Assembly: GCF_003334355.1 (NCBI RefSeq)
Contig: NZ_QOWP01000007.1
Origin: Escherichia coli
GTDB taxonomy: Bacteria; Pseudomonadota; Gammaproteobacteria; Enterobacterales; Enterobacteriaceae
Length of the DNA stretch: 64,000 bases
Direction: 5' to 3' (one strand)
Under the pieces are notes generated by a model. The model made no database searches. It was not told where the DNA came from and saw nothing but the letters and a program-made list of their open reading frames with translations. The position numbers and the translations under genes are program-made. Of the stretch, positions 46,986-57,686 are shown in pieces; position 1 is the first letter of the stretch; the number at the start of each line of letters is the position of its first letter.

Positions 46986-47195
46986 TCATTTTACCAGTGC
47001 GTTAATGACGGTTTCCATCGCCTGCTTTTCCAGCTCACTGCGCTGAATGCGTTTATTGGCTAATGCTGTACGTAATACGCCTGCGATAACAATATGCTTT
47101 GGTTCCTGCCCCAGATCGCGCATTTCCAGCACAACTTTACCGACAACTCTGCACATTTCTCGGTACAGTTCATCCTCTTTTGTCCGATTTCCCAT
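46986..47195 (-). CDS. fumD: Small protein FumD/YdhZ (69 aa)
   Basis: Track ORF; isolated in AT-rich surroundings; sequence recalled as YdhZ. Confidence 0.8.
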   Translation of the reverse strand: MGNRTKEDELYREMCRVVGKVVLEMRDLGQEPKHIVIAGVLRTALANKRIQRSELEKQAMETVINALVK

Positions 47196-47509
47196 TCTTT
47201 ATACCTATTTATCATGCCAACTATCAGCATATATCAATCTAACCAATTAAACAAAAATCAAACAAAATCAGACAAATAACGCGATAAATTATTTTAACTG
47301 TAGCAATTGAGCGATGATATATTTATACACCGGATGAACTTTCACTTATCCTCACACTGACAACTTCGGCACCAGACGTTGCGCAAACAGCGAAGTTTTT
47401 GCGTAACCTTTTCCCTGGAACGTTAAATCTTTGATAACAATTTATTGTCTAACAAGTTGTATATTTTTTGAAACGCTGTTTTTGTTTTCCTTTTGGATTA
47501 ATTTCAGCG

Positions 47510-47515
47510 TATAAT
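47510..47515 (+). promoter_or_regulatory. Candidate pykF promoter -10 hexamer TATAAT
   Basis: Perfect TATAAT about 240 bp upstream of pykF ATG; no clean -35 identified. Confidence 0.4.
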
Positions 47516-47530
47516 GCGCGCCAATTGACT

Positions 47531-47546
47531 CTTGAATGGTTTCAGC
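47531..47546. promoter_or_regulatory. Candidate Cra (FruR)-like site CTTGAATGGTTTCAGC
   Basis: Imperfect dyad TGAAT-GG-TTTCA resembling Cra consensus, just downstream of the -10. Confidence 0.35.
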
Positions 47547-47751
47547 ACTTTGGACTGTAGAACTCAACGACTCAAAAACAGGCACTCACGTTGGGCTGAG
47601 ACACAAGCACACATTCCTCTGCACGCTTTTTCGATGTCACCTATCCTTAGAGCGAGGCACCACCACTTTCGTAATACCGGATTCGCTTTCCGGCAGTGCG
47701 CCCAGAAAGCAAGTTTCTCCCATCCTTCTCAACTTAAAGACTAAGACTGTC

Positions 47752-49164
47752 ATGAAAAAGACCAAAATTGTTTGCACCATCGGACCGAAAACCGAATCTG
47801 AAGAGATGTTAGCTAAAATGCTGGACGCTGGCATGAACGTTATGCGTCTGAACTTCTCTCATGGTGACTATGCAGAACACGGTCAGCGCATTCAGAATCT
47901 GCGCAACGTGATGAGCAAAACTGGTAAAACCGCCGCTATCCTGCTTGATACCAAAGGTCCGGAAATCCGCACCATGAAACTGGAAGGCGGTAACGACGTT
48001 TCTCTGAAAGCTGGTCAGACCTTTACTTTCACTACTGATAAATCTGTTATCGGCAACAGCGAAATGGTTGCGGTAACGTATGAAGGTTTCACAACTGACC
48101 TGTCTGTTGGCAACACCGTACTGGTTGACGATGGTCTGATCGGTATGGAAGTTACTGCCATTGAAGGTAACAAAGTTATCTGTAAAGTGCTGAACAACGG
48201 CGACCTGGGCGAAAACAAAGGTGTGAACCTGCCTGGCGTTTCCATTGCTCTGCCAGCACTGGCTGAAAAAGACAAACAGGACCTGATCTTTGGTTGCGAA
48301 CAAGGCGTAGACTTTGTTGCTGCTTCCTTTATTCGTAAGCGTTCTGACGTTATCGAAATCCGTGAGCACCTGAAAGCGCACGGCGGCGAAAACATCCACA
48401 TCATCTCCAAAATCGAAAACCAGGAAGGCCTCAACAACTTCGACGAAATCCTCGAAGCCTCTGACGGCATCATGGTTGCGCGTGGCGACCTGGGTGTAGA
48501 AATCCCGGTAGAAGAAGTTATCTTCGCCCAGAAGATGATGATCGAAAAATGTATCCGTGCACGTAAAGTCGTTATCACTGCGACCCAGATGCTGGATTCC
48601 ATGATCAAAAACCCACGCCCGACTCGCGCAGAAGCCGGTGACGTTGCAAACGCCATCCTCGACGGTACTGACGCAGTGATGCTGTCTGGTGAATCCGCAA
48701 AAGGTAAATACCCGCTGGAAGCGGTTTCTATCATGGCGACCATCTGCGAACGTACCGACCGCGTGATGAACAGCCGTCTCGAGTTCAACAATGACAACCG
48801 TAAACTGCGCATTACCGAAGCGGTATGCCGTGGTGCCGTTGAAACTGCTGAAAAACTGGATGCTCCGCTGATCGTGGTTGCTACTCAGGGCGGTAAATCT
48901 GCTCGCGCAGTACGTAAATACTTCCCGGATGCCACCATCCTGGCACTGACCACCAACGAAAAAACGGCTCATCAGTTGGTACTGAGCAAAGGCGTTGTGC
49001 CGCAGCTGGTTAAAGAGATCACTTCTACTGATGATTTCTACCGTCTGGGTAAAGAACTGGCTCTGCAGAGCGGTCTGGCACACAAAGGTGACGTCGTAGT
49101 TATGGTTTCTGGTGCACTGGTACCGAGCGGCACTACTAACACCGCATCTGTTCACGTCCTGTAA
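47752..49164 (+). CDS. pykF: Pyruvate kinase I (470 aa); track ORF trimmed to [12 protein letters not shown] start
   Basis: Canonical PK N-terminus [20 protein letters not shown]; track ORF 47536..49164 is a 5' over-extension. Confidence 0.95.
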
Positions 49165-49193
49165 TATTGCTTTTGTGAATTAATTTGTATATC

Positions 49194-49220
49194 GAAGCGC
49201 CCTGATGGGCGCTTTTTTTA
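49194..49220 (+). terminator. Intrinsic terminator of pykF
   Basis: GAAGCGCCC/GGGCGCTT stem with TGAT loop, then T7. Confidence 0.85.
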
Positions 49221-49462
49221 TTTAATCGATAACCAGAAGCAATAAAAAATCAAATCGGATTTCACTATATAATCTCACTTTATCTAAGATGAATCCGATG
49301 GAAGCATCCTGTTTTCTCTCAATTTTTTTATCTAAAACCCAGCGTTCGATGCTTCTTTGAGCGAACGATCAAAAATAAGTGCCTTCCCATCAAAAAAATA
49401 TTCTCAACATAAAAAACTTTGTGTAATACTTGTAACGCTACATGGAGATTAACTCAATCTAG

Positions 49463-49711
<249 letters not shown>

Positions 49712-49731
49712 TAGTACCTGTGAAGTGAAAA

Positions 49732-49760
49732 ATGGCGCACATTGTGCGCCATTTTTTTTG
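49732..49760 (+). terminator. Intrinsic terminator of lpp
   Basis: ATGGCGCAC/GTGCGCCAT stem followed by T8; preceded by A5. Confidence 0.9.
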
Positions 49761-49774
49761 TCTGCCATTTACCG

Positions 49775-50779
49775 CTACTGCGTCGCGCGTAACATATTCC
49801 CTTGCTCTGGTTCACCATTCTGCGCTGACTCTACTGAAGGCGCATTGCTGGCTGTGGGAGTTGCTCCACTGCTCACCGCAACCGGATACCCTGCCCGACG
49901 ATACAACGCTTTATCGACTAACTTCTGATCTACAGCCTTATTGTCTTTAAATTGCGTAAAGCCTGCTGGCAGTGTGTATGGCATTGTCTGAACGTTCTGC
50001 TGTTCTTCTGCCGATAGTGGTCGATGTACTTCAACATAACGCATCCCGTTAGGCTCCACGGAATATTTCACCGGTTCGTTGATCACTTTCACCGGCGTTC
50101 CCGTCCGCACGCTGGAGAACAAGGCTTTAATATCCGGTGCATTCATGCGAATACACCCTGAACTGACGCGCAAACCGACGCTGTCCGGCGCACTGGTGCC
50201 ATGAATGAGGTATTCGCCATTACCATGCGCGAGGCGCAGTGCGTAACGTCCTAGTGGGTTATTTGGCCCGGCAGGGACGACTGGAGGTAATTTAATGCCA
50301 CGCTCCAGCGAACGCTGACGAATGCCTGCCGTAGGCGTCCAGGTTGGGTTAGGGATTTTCTGCCCCACACGCGTTTCCATCACCGGCGTTTCCAGCCCCT
50401 GCAAGCCAATACCTATCGGATAAACCTGCACGATATTTTCTCCCGGCGGATAATAATAAAGGCGCAGCTCTGCAAGGTTAACGATAATCCCCTGACGCGG
50501 CGCATCAGGTAATAACAGTTGCGAAGGAATAGTTATCGTCGTACCAGGTTTTGGCACCGGGGCGATAGTGTTATTGGCTTCAAGGATCAACATTGCCGCA
50601 GTATCAAAACGACGGGCAATAGCCTGAAGGTTTTTATCCCCTTCCTGCACCGTATACGTTTGATTTTGCCCAACCAGTCGGCTTCCGGTTGGTGGTAGCG
50701 GATAATCAACCGCCCAGGCAGCCTGGATGGCGCTAAAAGCGCCGATAAGCGTGAGTGTAAGCAAAGACGCGCGTTTCAT
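49775..50779 (-). CDS. ldtE: L,D-transpeptidase LdtE (YnhG), 334 aa
   Basis: Track ORF; signal peptide; LysM-like region; YkuD catalytic motif [20 protein letters not shown]. Confidence 0.92.
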   Translation of the reverse strand: MKRASLLTLTLIGAFSAIQAAWAVDYPLPPTGSRLVGQNQTYTVQEGDKNLQAIARRFDTAAMLILEANNTIAPVPKPGTTITIPSQLLLPDAPRQGIIVNLAELRLYYYPPGENIVQVYPIGIGLQGLETPVMETRVGQKIPNPTWTPTAGIRQRSLERGIKLPPVVPAGPNNPLGRYALRLAHGNGEYLIHGTSAPDSVGLRVSSGCIRMNAPDIKALFSSVRTGTPVKVINEPVKYSVEPNGMRYVEVHRPLSAEEQQNVQTMPYTLPAGFTQFKDNKAVDQKLVDKALYRRAGYPVAVSSGATPTASNAPSVESAQNGEPEQGNMLRATQ

Positions 50780-50927
50780 TGTAAACCTCCTGTATTTGCC
50801 GGAGACTCACGCTGAAACGTCGGATGGCGCTTATGTTCACCTGAAACCGAAACACTCCTGTGCAGGTCAGTGTAAACATTGACCATCCGGCAATGTGAGC
50901 CAACCGGATGAAAGCTGTCCCTTTAGT

Positions 50928-51344
50928 TTAGCTAAGTGCAGCGGCTTTGGCGCGAATTGCGCGAATTATCGCTTCCAGACCTTGTGAACGAGATGGGGTG
51001 AGATGTTGGGTGAGCGCCATTTTTTCAAACCACGGACGCACATCGAAACTGACAATATCCTGCGGCGTCATCTGATCGTAGAGAATAAAGACGACCGCAA
51101 TAAGCCCTTTCACAATCGCCGCATCGCTGTCGCCCTGCAATTCAATAATTCCCTGCGCATTCTGGCGCATGACAATCCACACCTGACTCTGGCAGCCCTG
51201 AATGCTATTTTGTGGGCTTCGGTCTTCGTCGCGTAATTCTGGCAGACGCTGGCCCAGCTCAATAATGTAGAGATATTTCTCTTCCCAGTTGGCGCAGCGT
51301 AAAAAATTACGCAGCAATTTTTCTTTATCCGGCAATACAGCCAT
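50928..51344 (-). CDS. sufE: Sulfur acceptor SufE (138 aa)
   Basis: Track ORF; last gene of suf operon. Confidence 0.92.
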   Translation of the reverse strand: MAVLPDKEKLLRNFLRCANWEEKYLYIIELGQRLPELRDEDRSPQNSIQGCQSQVWIVMRQNAQGIIELQGDSDAAIVKGLIAVVFILYDQMTPQDIVSFDVRPWFEKMALTQHLTPSRSQGLEAIIRAIRAKAAALS

Positions 51345-51356
51345 AGTGCCTCCCTG

Positions 51357-52577
51357 TTATCCCAGCAGACGGTGAATACGTTGCAATCCGGTCACCAGAC
51401 GATCCACTTCTTCATGGGTGTTATACATGGCCAGCGACGCCCGACACATCGCAGAGACGTTGTAATAGGCCATCAATGGCATTGCGCAGTGATGTCCGGT
51501 ACGCACAGCAATGCCGTAATTATCGAGAAAACTGCCAACATCATAGGCGTGGTGTTTACCGAGATTAAAAGCAATAACGCCAAGCCTGTTTTGTGGGCCA
51601 TAGAGAGTGAGATCCGGTACAGATTCCAGCTGTGATAGCGCATAATGCATCAGATTCTGTTCATACTCGGCTATGTTATTAAGCCCCAGCGCCGAAACAT
51701 ACTCCAGCGCCGCGCCAAGACCAATGATGCCCCCGGTATTGGGTGTACCGGCTTCAAACCGCCATGGTGCTTTGGTCCAGGTAGTGCCTTCACTCAGGCT
51801 GACGGTGGCGATCATAGAACCGCCCCCTTCCCACGGCGGCATCTCCTGCAACAAGGCTTCTTTGACATAAAGAATGCCAATTCCGGTGGGGCCATACAGT
51901 TTATGCCCGGAGAACACGTAAAAGTCGCAATCCAGCGCCTGAACATCCACCAGATGATGCATCACCGCCTGAGCGCCATCCACCAGCACTTTTGCGCCAT
52001 GCTGGTGCGCAAGCGTGATCATTTCCGCCAGTGGATTTTCTGTGCCAAGCACGTTGGAGACATGAGTAATTGCCAGCAGGCGAGTTTTCTCATCAAACAG
52101 CGTAGGCAGCGTCTCCAGTTGCAACGTACCGTCGGGATTGAGCGGGATCACACGCAGCTCTGCGCCAACGCGTGCGCAAAGCATCTGCCAGGGAACAATG
52201 TTAGCGTGGTGCTCCATCTGACTTATGATGATGTTATCGCCCGCCCGCACGTTGCTGTTGCCCCAGCTATTGGCGACCAGATTGATCCCTTCCGTCGTGC
52301 CGCGGACGAACACCAGCTCTTCCGCCGAACGGGCGTTGATAAACAACGATGCCTGCTTGCGTACGTTCTCCATTTTCTCGGTCGCCTGGGCGCTTAAGGT
52401 ATGAATACCGCGATGCACCGCCGCGTAGCCGTGACGATAAAACTCGGCCTCGGCGTCAATCACCTGGCCCGGTTTCTGCGCACTGGCGGCGCTGTCGAGA
52501 TAAGCCAGCGGCAAACCGTTTACCTCACGAGAAAGCACCGGAAAGTCGGCCCGCACTTTGTCGACGGAAAAAGTCAT
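51357..52577 (-). CDS. sufS: Cysteine desulfurase SufS (406 aa)
   Basis: Track ORF; class II aminotransferase-like PLP enzyme sequence. Confidence 0.93.
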   Translation of the reverse strand: MTFSVDKVRADFPVLSREVNGLPLAYLDSAASAQKPGQVIDAEAEFYRHGYAAVHRGIHTLSAQATEKMENVRKQASLFINARSAEELVFVRGTTEGINLVANSWGNSNVRAGDNIIISQMEHHANIVPWQMLCARVGAELRVIPLNPDGTLQLETLPTLFDEKTRLLAITHVSNVLGTENPLAEMITLAHQHGAKVLVDGAQAVMHHLVDVQALDCDFYVFSGHKLYGPTGIGILYVKEALLQEMPPWEGGGSMIATVSLSEGTTWTKAPWRFEAGTPNTGGIIGLGAALEYVSALGLNNIAEYEQNLMHYALSQLESVPDLTLYGPQNRLGVIAFNLGKHHAYDVGSFLDNYGIAVRTGHHCAMPLMAYYNVSAMCRASLAMYNTHEEVDRLVTGLQRIHRLLG

Positions 52578-53845
52578 CTTACACCTCCTGGCAGTCGTTG
52601 ACCGATTCGGGCCAGCACCTGCTGTTTAAGCCCCTCATCACGCAGTGCTTCCGTCAGTTCAGCAGCAAAGGCGTAAATGATCATCTGCTGGGCATCCTGC
52701 TGATTGATCCCGCGCGAGCGCAGATAGAACATCTGTTCATCATCAATACGCCCCACCGTCGCGCCGTGGCTGCATTTCACATCATCTGCATAGATTTCCA
52801 GCTGCGGTTTCGTATCCACTTCCGCCAGTTTGCCCATCAGCAGATTATTGTTGGTCATCTGACCATCCGTTTTGATGGCGTGCTGCGCGACGTTGATCAA
52901 ACCGTTAAATACCGCGCGGCCTTTGTCGCTGACGATAGTTTTGTGCAACTGTCGGCTGTTACAAAAACCTTTATTGTGTTCCAGCCAGGTGCGGGTATCA
53001 CACACCTCGTTTTTCACCGGCATCGCCAGGCTATTGATCCGCAGCGTGCTGTTTTCGCCATTGAGTTGCGTACTGGTGTTGTGTCGTAACACTGCGCCAC
53101 CCAGCAGGAAACTATGGCTAAATGCGGTGGCATCGTCAGCCAGCAACAAATCGTTATGGGCAAAGTGGTGACTGACCGGGTTTTCAAACGCCAGCTTGAT
53201 ATGCTGCAAGTGGGCGTTCGCTGCGACATTGATAGTGAACCGTGCGCCGGTGAAGTGACGAGCATCATTAAGGCTGACAAAATGTTCGATCACCGTTGCT
53301 TCGGCACCTTCCGCCAGATCCAGATGATGTCGGTAATGGGCAGTGTTGACCTCTTCACCTGCCACGCCCTGGGTAATATGCATTAACAGCAATGGCTTTG
53401 CCGGCCGTTGACCGCGCTTCACGGCGATATGCGTCACGCTTTGTGCCAGGCTTTCCGTCAAATGCAGAAACACTTCCGCCTGAATAGCGTCGGGTACCCC
53501 CTGACGGTCGTCGTTAATGCTCACTTCATACCCGCTGCCTTCAGTCGCATCGCTCAGTGCTGACACGTAACGTCCATCGACAAAAACCAGCCGCACAGCG
53601 TCTAATGTTAACGCTAAGGCATCACGCTGCTGTGGGGATATCTCTCCCGCAATGCTGACAAACTGGCTATTGGTCAGCCCTTCCAGCGGCGTATATTTCC
53701 AGTTTTCATGTTTACGTGTCGGCAGTCCGGTACGCAGCAATTGTTGTAAATGCTGCTGTGCTTGCGGAGAGCGTTTCGCTCCGTCAGCTTCAAACAAGTG
53801 ATGCCACTGTTGCAGCGCGTTACTGCTGTTCGGTAAGCCAGCCAT
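52574..53845 (-). CDS. sufD: Fe-S cluster assembly protein SufD (423 aa)
   Basis: Track ORF; 4-bp overlap with sufS start. Confidence 0.92.
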   Translation of the reverse strand: MAGLPNSSNALQQWHHLFEADGAKRSPQAQQHLQQLLRTGLPTRKHENWKYTPLEGLTNSQFVSIAGEISPQQRDALALTLDAVRLVFVDGRYVSALSDATEGSGYEVSINDDRQGVPDAIQAEVFLHLTESLAQSVTHIAVKRGQRPAKPLLLMHITQGVAGEEVNTAHYRHHLDLAEGAEATVIEHFVSLNDARHFTGARFTINVAANAHLQHIKLAFENPVSHHFAHNDLLLADDATAFSHSFLLGGAVLRHNTSTQLNGENSTLRINSLAMPVKNEVCDTRTWLEHNKGFCNSRQLHKTIVSDKGRAVFNGLINVAQHAIKTDGQMTNNNLLMGKLAEVDTKPQLEIYADDVKCSHGATVGRIDDEQMFYLRSRGINQQDAQQMIIYAFAAELTEALRDEGLKQQVLARIGQRLPGGVR

Positions 53846-54566
53846 AACCCTGCTCCTCCAGTTGTTTGACCAACGTGAAATCGCCGGATTTCACAATTCG
53901 TCCCTGATACAGCACATGGACGTAATCAGGCTTGATGTAGTCGAGAATGCGTTGGTAGTGCGTAACAATGATGAATGAACGCTTGCCGTCACGCAGCGAG
54001 TTCACGCCATCGGCAACCACTTTTAATGCGTCAATATCCAGCCCGGAGTCTGACTCATCAAGAATGCATAACTCCGGTTCCAGCACCGCCATTTGCAAAA
54101 TATCGTTGCGCTTTTTCTCGCCGCCGGAAAAACCAACGTTTACCGAACGGGTTAATAAATCTTCCGGCATCTTCAGGAGAGCGATTTTCTCTTCCATCAA
54201 ATCCTGAAAATCAAAGCGGTCGAGCGTTTCCTGGCCGCGATAGCTGCGCACCGCATTAAGTGCCGTTTGCAGGAAAAACTGGTTACTGACGCCGGGAATT
54301 TCCACCGGATACTGTAAGGCCATAAAGATGCCTTCGCCCGCGCGATCTTCCGGCGACAGCGCAAGCAAATCTTTGCCTTTGAACTCAACCGTGCCGCCCG
54401 TCACTTCATAATCTTCTCGCCCGGCAAGCGTTGCCGATAAGGTACTTTTGCCCGAACCGTTTGGCCCCATAATGGCGTGAACTTCGCCGGGATGAACGTC
54501 GAGGCTTAATCCGCGCAGGATAGCTTTATCTTCCACGCTGACGTGTAAATCTTTAATACTTAACAT
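53820..54566 (-). CDS. sufC: Fe-S cluster assembly ATPase SufC (248 aa)
   Basis: Track ORF; Walker A GPNGSGKST; ABC signature region; 26-bp overlap with sufD start. Confidence 0.94.
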   Translation of the reverse strand: MLSIKDLHVSVEDKAILRGLSLDVHPGEVHAIMGPNGSGKSTLSATLAGREDYEVTGGTVEFKGKDLLALSPEDRAGEGIFMALQYPVEIPGVSNQFFLQTALNAVRSYRGQETLDRFDFQDLMEEKIALLKMPEDLLTRSVNVGFSGGEKKRNDILQMAVLEPELCILDESDSGLDIDALKVVADGVNSLRDGKRSFIIVTHYQRILDYIKPDYVHVLYQGRIVKSGDFTLVKQLEEQGYGWLTEQQ

Positions 54567-54575
54567 GTTTATTCC

Positions 54576-56063
54576 TTATCCGACGCTGTGTTCAAGACTG
54601 ATGGCGAGGAGTTTTTGTGCTTCAACGGCAAATTCCAACGGCAGCTCCGAGAACACGTCTTTGCAGAAACCGTTAACAATCATCGAGATGGCGTCTTCTT
54701 CGCTGATCCCGCGTTGCAGGCAGTAAAACAGTTGATCTTCACCAATACGTGATGTCGTTGCCTCGTGTTCCAGTTGCGCACTATTGTTACGACACTCAAC
54801 ATACGGGAAGGTATGCGCCCCACAATTAGCGCCAATCAGCATTGAGTCGCACTGAGTGAAATTGCGCGCATTGGTTGCCGTCGGCATGATTTTCACTAAG
54901 CCGCGATAACTGTTCTGACTATGTCCGGCAGAGATCCCTTTCGAGATAATGGTCGATTTGGTGTTTTTACCGATGTGGATCATCTTGGTGCCGGTATCCG
55001 CTTGCTGATGACCGCTGGTCAGCGCCACTGAGTAAAACTCACCAATGGAGTTATCGCCGCGCAAAATGCAGCTGGGATATTTCCACGTAATCGCTGACCC
55101 GGTTTCTGATTGCGTCCATGACATTTTGCTGTTTTCGCCTTCGCACAAAGCACGCTTGGTGACGAAGTTGAGAATACCGCCGGTGTTGTTATCGCCAGGG
55201 AACCAGTTTTGTACCGTGGAATATTTCACCTCGGCGTTTTTATGGATGATGACTTCCACCACTGCCGCGTGTAACTGATAGCTGTCACGCACCGGAGCGG
55301 AACAGCCTTCAATGTAGCTGACGTAGCTGTCTTCGTCGGCCACCAGAATGGTGCGCTCAAACTGCCCGGTTTTTTCCGCGTTAATGCGAAAATAGGTGGA
55401 AAGTTCCATAGGGCAGCGCACACCTTTAGGCACATAAATAAACGTACCGTCAGAGGCTACCGCCGCATTAAGCGCGGCAAAGAAGTTGTCATTCCCCGGT
55501 ACCACGGTGCCGAGATATTTACGCACCAGTTCCGGGTGATCGTGGATCGCCTCACCAAAGGAACAGAAAATAATTCCCTGCTCCGCCAGTTTTTCACGAT
55601 AAGTGGTGGCAACCGAAACAGAGTCGAAAATGGCATCCACCGCCACCTCTTTGCCTTCCCGCACGGGAACGCCCAACTGCTCAAACGCCGCCTCCACCTC
55701 TTTACTTAAAAAGGCGTTCGCGCCAGTTTGCTGCACCGCGCCGGGTTCAGACGCGCAAGTGTCGTCACAATTACCGCACGATGGTGCTGAGTAGTAGCTG
55801 TAATCCTGATAATTCAGCTTGTCGTAGTGCGCTTTCAGCCAGTGCGGCTCTTCCATCTCCAGCCATGCGCGATAGGCATTGAGACGAAACTCCAGCATCC
55901 ACTCCGGCTCATTACGCTTCGCCGAAATTGCGCGCACCACCTCTTCGTTTATCCCCTTTGCCAGCTCATCGGTGGCTAACTGGGTGAAGAATCCTTCTTT
56001 ATAATTCAGCGGGCCGCCGGTCCAGGTTTTGACATCGTCAGTTGCTTCAGTATTACGAGACAT
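54576..56063 (-). CDS. sufB: Fe-S cluster scaffold SufB (495 aa); track ORF trimmed to [10 protein letters not shown] start
   Basis: Recalled SufB N-terminus; track ORF 54576..56102 over-extended by 13 codons. Confidence 0.92.
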   Translation of the reverse strand: MSRNTEATDDVKTWTGGPLNYKEGFFTQLATDELAKGINEEVVRAISAKRNEPEWMLEFRLNAYRAWLEMEEPHWLKAHYDKLNYQDYSYYSAPSCGNCDDTCASEPGAVQQTGANAFLSKEVEAAFEQLGVPVREGKEVAVDAIFDSVSVATTYREKLAEQGIIFCSFGEAIHDHPELVRKYLGTVVPGNDNFFAALNAAVASDGTFIYVPKGVRCPMELSTYFRINAEKTGQFERTILVADEDSYVSYIEGCSAPVRDSYQLHAAVVEVIIHKNAEVKYSTVQNWFPGDNNTGGILNFVTKRALCEGENSKMSWTQSETGSAITWKYPSCILRGDNSIGEFYSVALTSGHQQADTGTKMIHIGKNTKSTIISKGISAGHSQNSYRGLVKIMPTATNARNFTQCDSMLIGANCGAHTFPYVECRNNSAQLEHEATTSRIGEDQLFYCLQRGISEEDAISMIVNGFCKDVFSELPLEFAVEAQKLLAISLEHSVG

Positions 56064-56071
56064 AGTACCGC

Positions 56072-56440
56072 CTATACCCCAAAGCTTTCGCCACAGCCAC
56101 ATTCATTCTGGGCTTTAGGGTTGTGAAATTTGAATATCTGATTAAGTCCTTCACGAACGAAATCGACTTCCGTGCCATCAATAAACGGCATCGCTTGCAG
56201 CGGGACAAACAGCTTCGCGCCGTCGTGTTCAAACAGCAGATCGTCTTTGTCCGGCTCGCTAACACTGTCGAGCACATAGCCAAAGCCCGCGCAGCCCGTT
56301 TGCTTCACGCCTAAGCGCACGCCGACCATACCTGGCTGCTTTGCCACCAGCTCGCGGATGTGTATCGCCGCTGCGGGTGTCAACGTTAAGCCTTGCCAGG
56401 CGAAATCTTGTGGGTTAAAGGTTCCTGAATGCATGTCCAT
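56072..56440 (-). CDS. sufA: A-type Fe-S carrier SufA (122 aa)
   Basis: Track ORF; C-terminal CGCGESF motif; first gene of suf operon. Confidence 0.93.
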   Translation of the reverse strand: MDMHSGTFNPQDFAWQGLTLTPAAAIHIRELVAKQPGMVGVRLGVKQTGCAGFGYVLDSVSEPDKDDLLFEHDGAKLFVPLQAMPFIDGTEVDFVREGLNQIFKFHNPKAQNECGCGESFGV

Positions 56441-56485
56441 CGATTTACCTCACTTCATCGCTTTCAGCGTATAACAGCATGTTAG

Positions 56486-56500
56486 TGATAATGATTATCA
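56486..56500. promoter_or_regulatory. Fur box in suf operon promoter region
   Basis: TGATAATGATTATCA near-palindrome about 45 bp upstream of sufA start; matches Fur consensus GATAATGATAATCATTATC. Confidence 0.75.
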
Positions 56501-56723
56501 GTTCAACCCAGCAAACGCAGGGGCTTTACCGTAAAACATGCTTTTTGCCTGCTTTTAATAAGCATAGACCCTGATGTGTGGGTTAACAGGCACGCTAAGA
56601 ATTAGGTATCTCATTGTTAGATAATGGTTATTATCTAAGGAGCATTAAGGCTGTGATGAAAAAGAAAAAGTTGTATTGAAAATGACTATTTAAGAGATAG
56701 GTAAAAAAGTGCAGCGTTCAGAA

Positions 56724-56800
56724 ATAAGAAAACCCTTAAGTCTGTGCGACACAGGCTTAAGGGTTTCTACCCCATCCGGCGCTTATCTCCGGCACTCTCA
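56724..56800 (-). ncRNA. rydB: Candidate small RNA (RydB-like) ending at a reverse-strand intrinsic terminator; boundaries approximate
   Basis: Hairpin CCCTTAAGTCTGTG/CACAGGCTTAAGGG at 56733-56763 preceded on + strand by A-run (T-run on - strand); recalled that sRNA RydB lies between sufA and ydiH; exact ends not determinable here. Confidence 0.35.
56726..56763 (-). terminator. Reverse-strand intrinsic terminator in sufA-ydiH intergenic region
   Basis: 14-bp stem (one G-U pair) with A-run on + strand 5' side, i.e. T-run after hairpin on - strand. Confidence 0.6.
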
Positions 56801-56987
56801 GTGGCTTAGCTCTTGAAGGGGCGATAAGAATAATCTCATAAAGCTAACCCGCCGTTTTAACACAAACTGCGATTAGTATTATTTTTGAACAATATCAGGC
56901 GGTAGATAAGCAGTATTAAGAAGGTCATCGAACCTGGACGGAGGTTAATCCAGGTCGATTTGGCGAACTTGCGGCATTAAGTCAGGA

Positions 56988-57176
56988 TCAATGCACGCCC
57001 AGACGCCAGGCAAAGTAGATTTCTTCTTTTAATTCAGCAGAAGAGAGAGTAAGCAGGTCAGCAAATTCAAGTTCTAGTTGTTTCAGACGTTTGAGATATT
57101 GGGCAGGTGAAAGATTGCTCTGGTCACGGCGTAAAAATTCAATGGCCAGCTGGGTGGGATCAAGTTGAGTAGACAT
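56988..57176 (-). CDS. ydiH: Small protein YdiH (62 aa); track ORF trimmed to MSTQLDPTQL start
   Basis: C-terminal 62 codons of track ORF 56988..57257 match recalled YdiH. Confidence 0.78.
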   Translation of the reverse strand: MSTQLDPTQLAIEFLRRDQSNLSPAQYLKRLKQLELEFADLLTLSSAELKEEIYFAWRLGVH

Positions 57177-57275
57177 AGCATCCTCGCTTTTAGACAAGAC
57201 CTGCACAGTATACCACCGTTTACTGTGCAGATAATGACCAAAAGCAATATGCGTCACACTTTTCTGGTGACAACG

Positions 57276-57686
57276 TCACAAAATGGCGGTCGTCAATCGT
57301 GACGAACAGCACAAACGCCCTTTCTCATCGAAGATTTCAATCTGCCAGACCTGGTGACGCGAACCGAGATGCAACGGTTTGCATACGCCGCGCACCCGCC
57401 CTTCTCGTGCCGAGCGGACGTGGTTAGCATTGATTTCCAGACCAACCACTTTTTGCTCACCTTCGGTACATAAATAACCGGCAACGGAACCGATACTTTC
57501 GGCCAGTACCACGGATGCTCCTCCATGCAGCAACCCGAAAGGCTGCTTTGTCCGCGAGTCTACTGGCATTGTCGCTTCAAGGGTGTCATCACCAATATGT
57601 TCAAAGCGAATATCCAGGAACCCCACCATGTTTCCTTCACCCATAGCATTCAGTGCTTCCAGGGTGATTTTCCGTTTCCATATCAT
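57276..57686 (-). CDS. menI: 1,4-dihydroxy-2-naphthoyl-CoA hydrolase, hotdog-fold thioesterase (136 aa)
   Basis: Track ORF; PaaI-type thioesterase sequence; start overlaps ydiJ stop. Confidence 0.9.
   Translation of the reverse strand: MIWKRKITLEALNAMGEGNMVGFLDIRFEHIGDDTLEATMPVDSRTKQPFGLLHGGASVVLAESIGSVAGYLCTEGEQKVVGLEINANHVRSAREGRVRGVCKPLHLGSRHQVWQIEIFDEKGRLCCSSRLTTAIL

Noticed and set aside
47809-49155. 448-aa and 265-aa antisense ORFs opposite pykF (47809..49155 -, 48015..48812 -)
   Set aside because: Entirely contained in the pykF coding strand's complement; pykF identity is unambiguous; translations have no recognisable fold and are stop-poor only by chance.
51645-53089. Forward-strand ORFs within sufS/sufD (51645..52397, 52349..53089)
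   Set aside because: Antisense to the intact suf operon; Arg/His-rich translations typical of out-of-frame GC-rich sequence.
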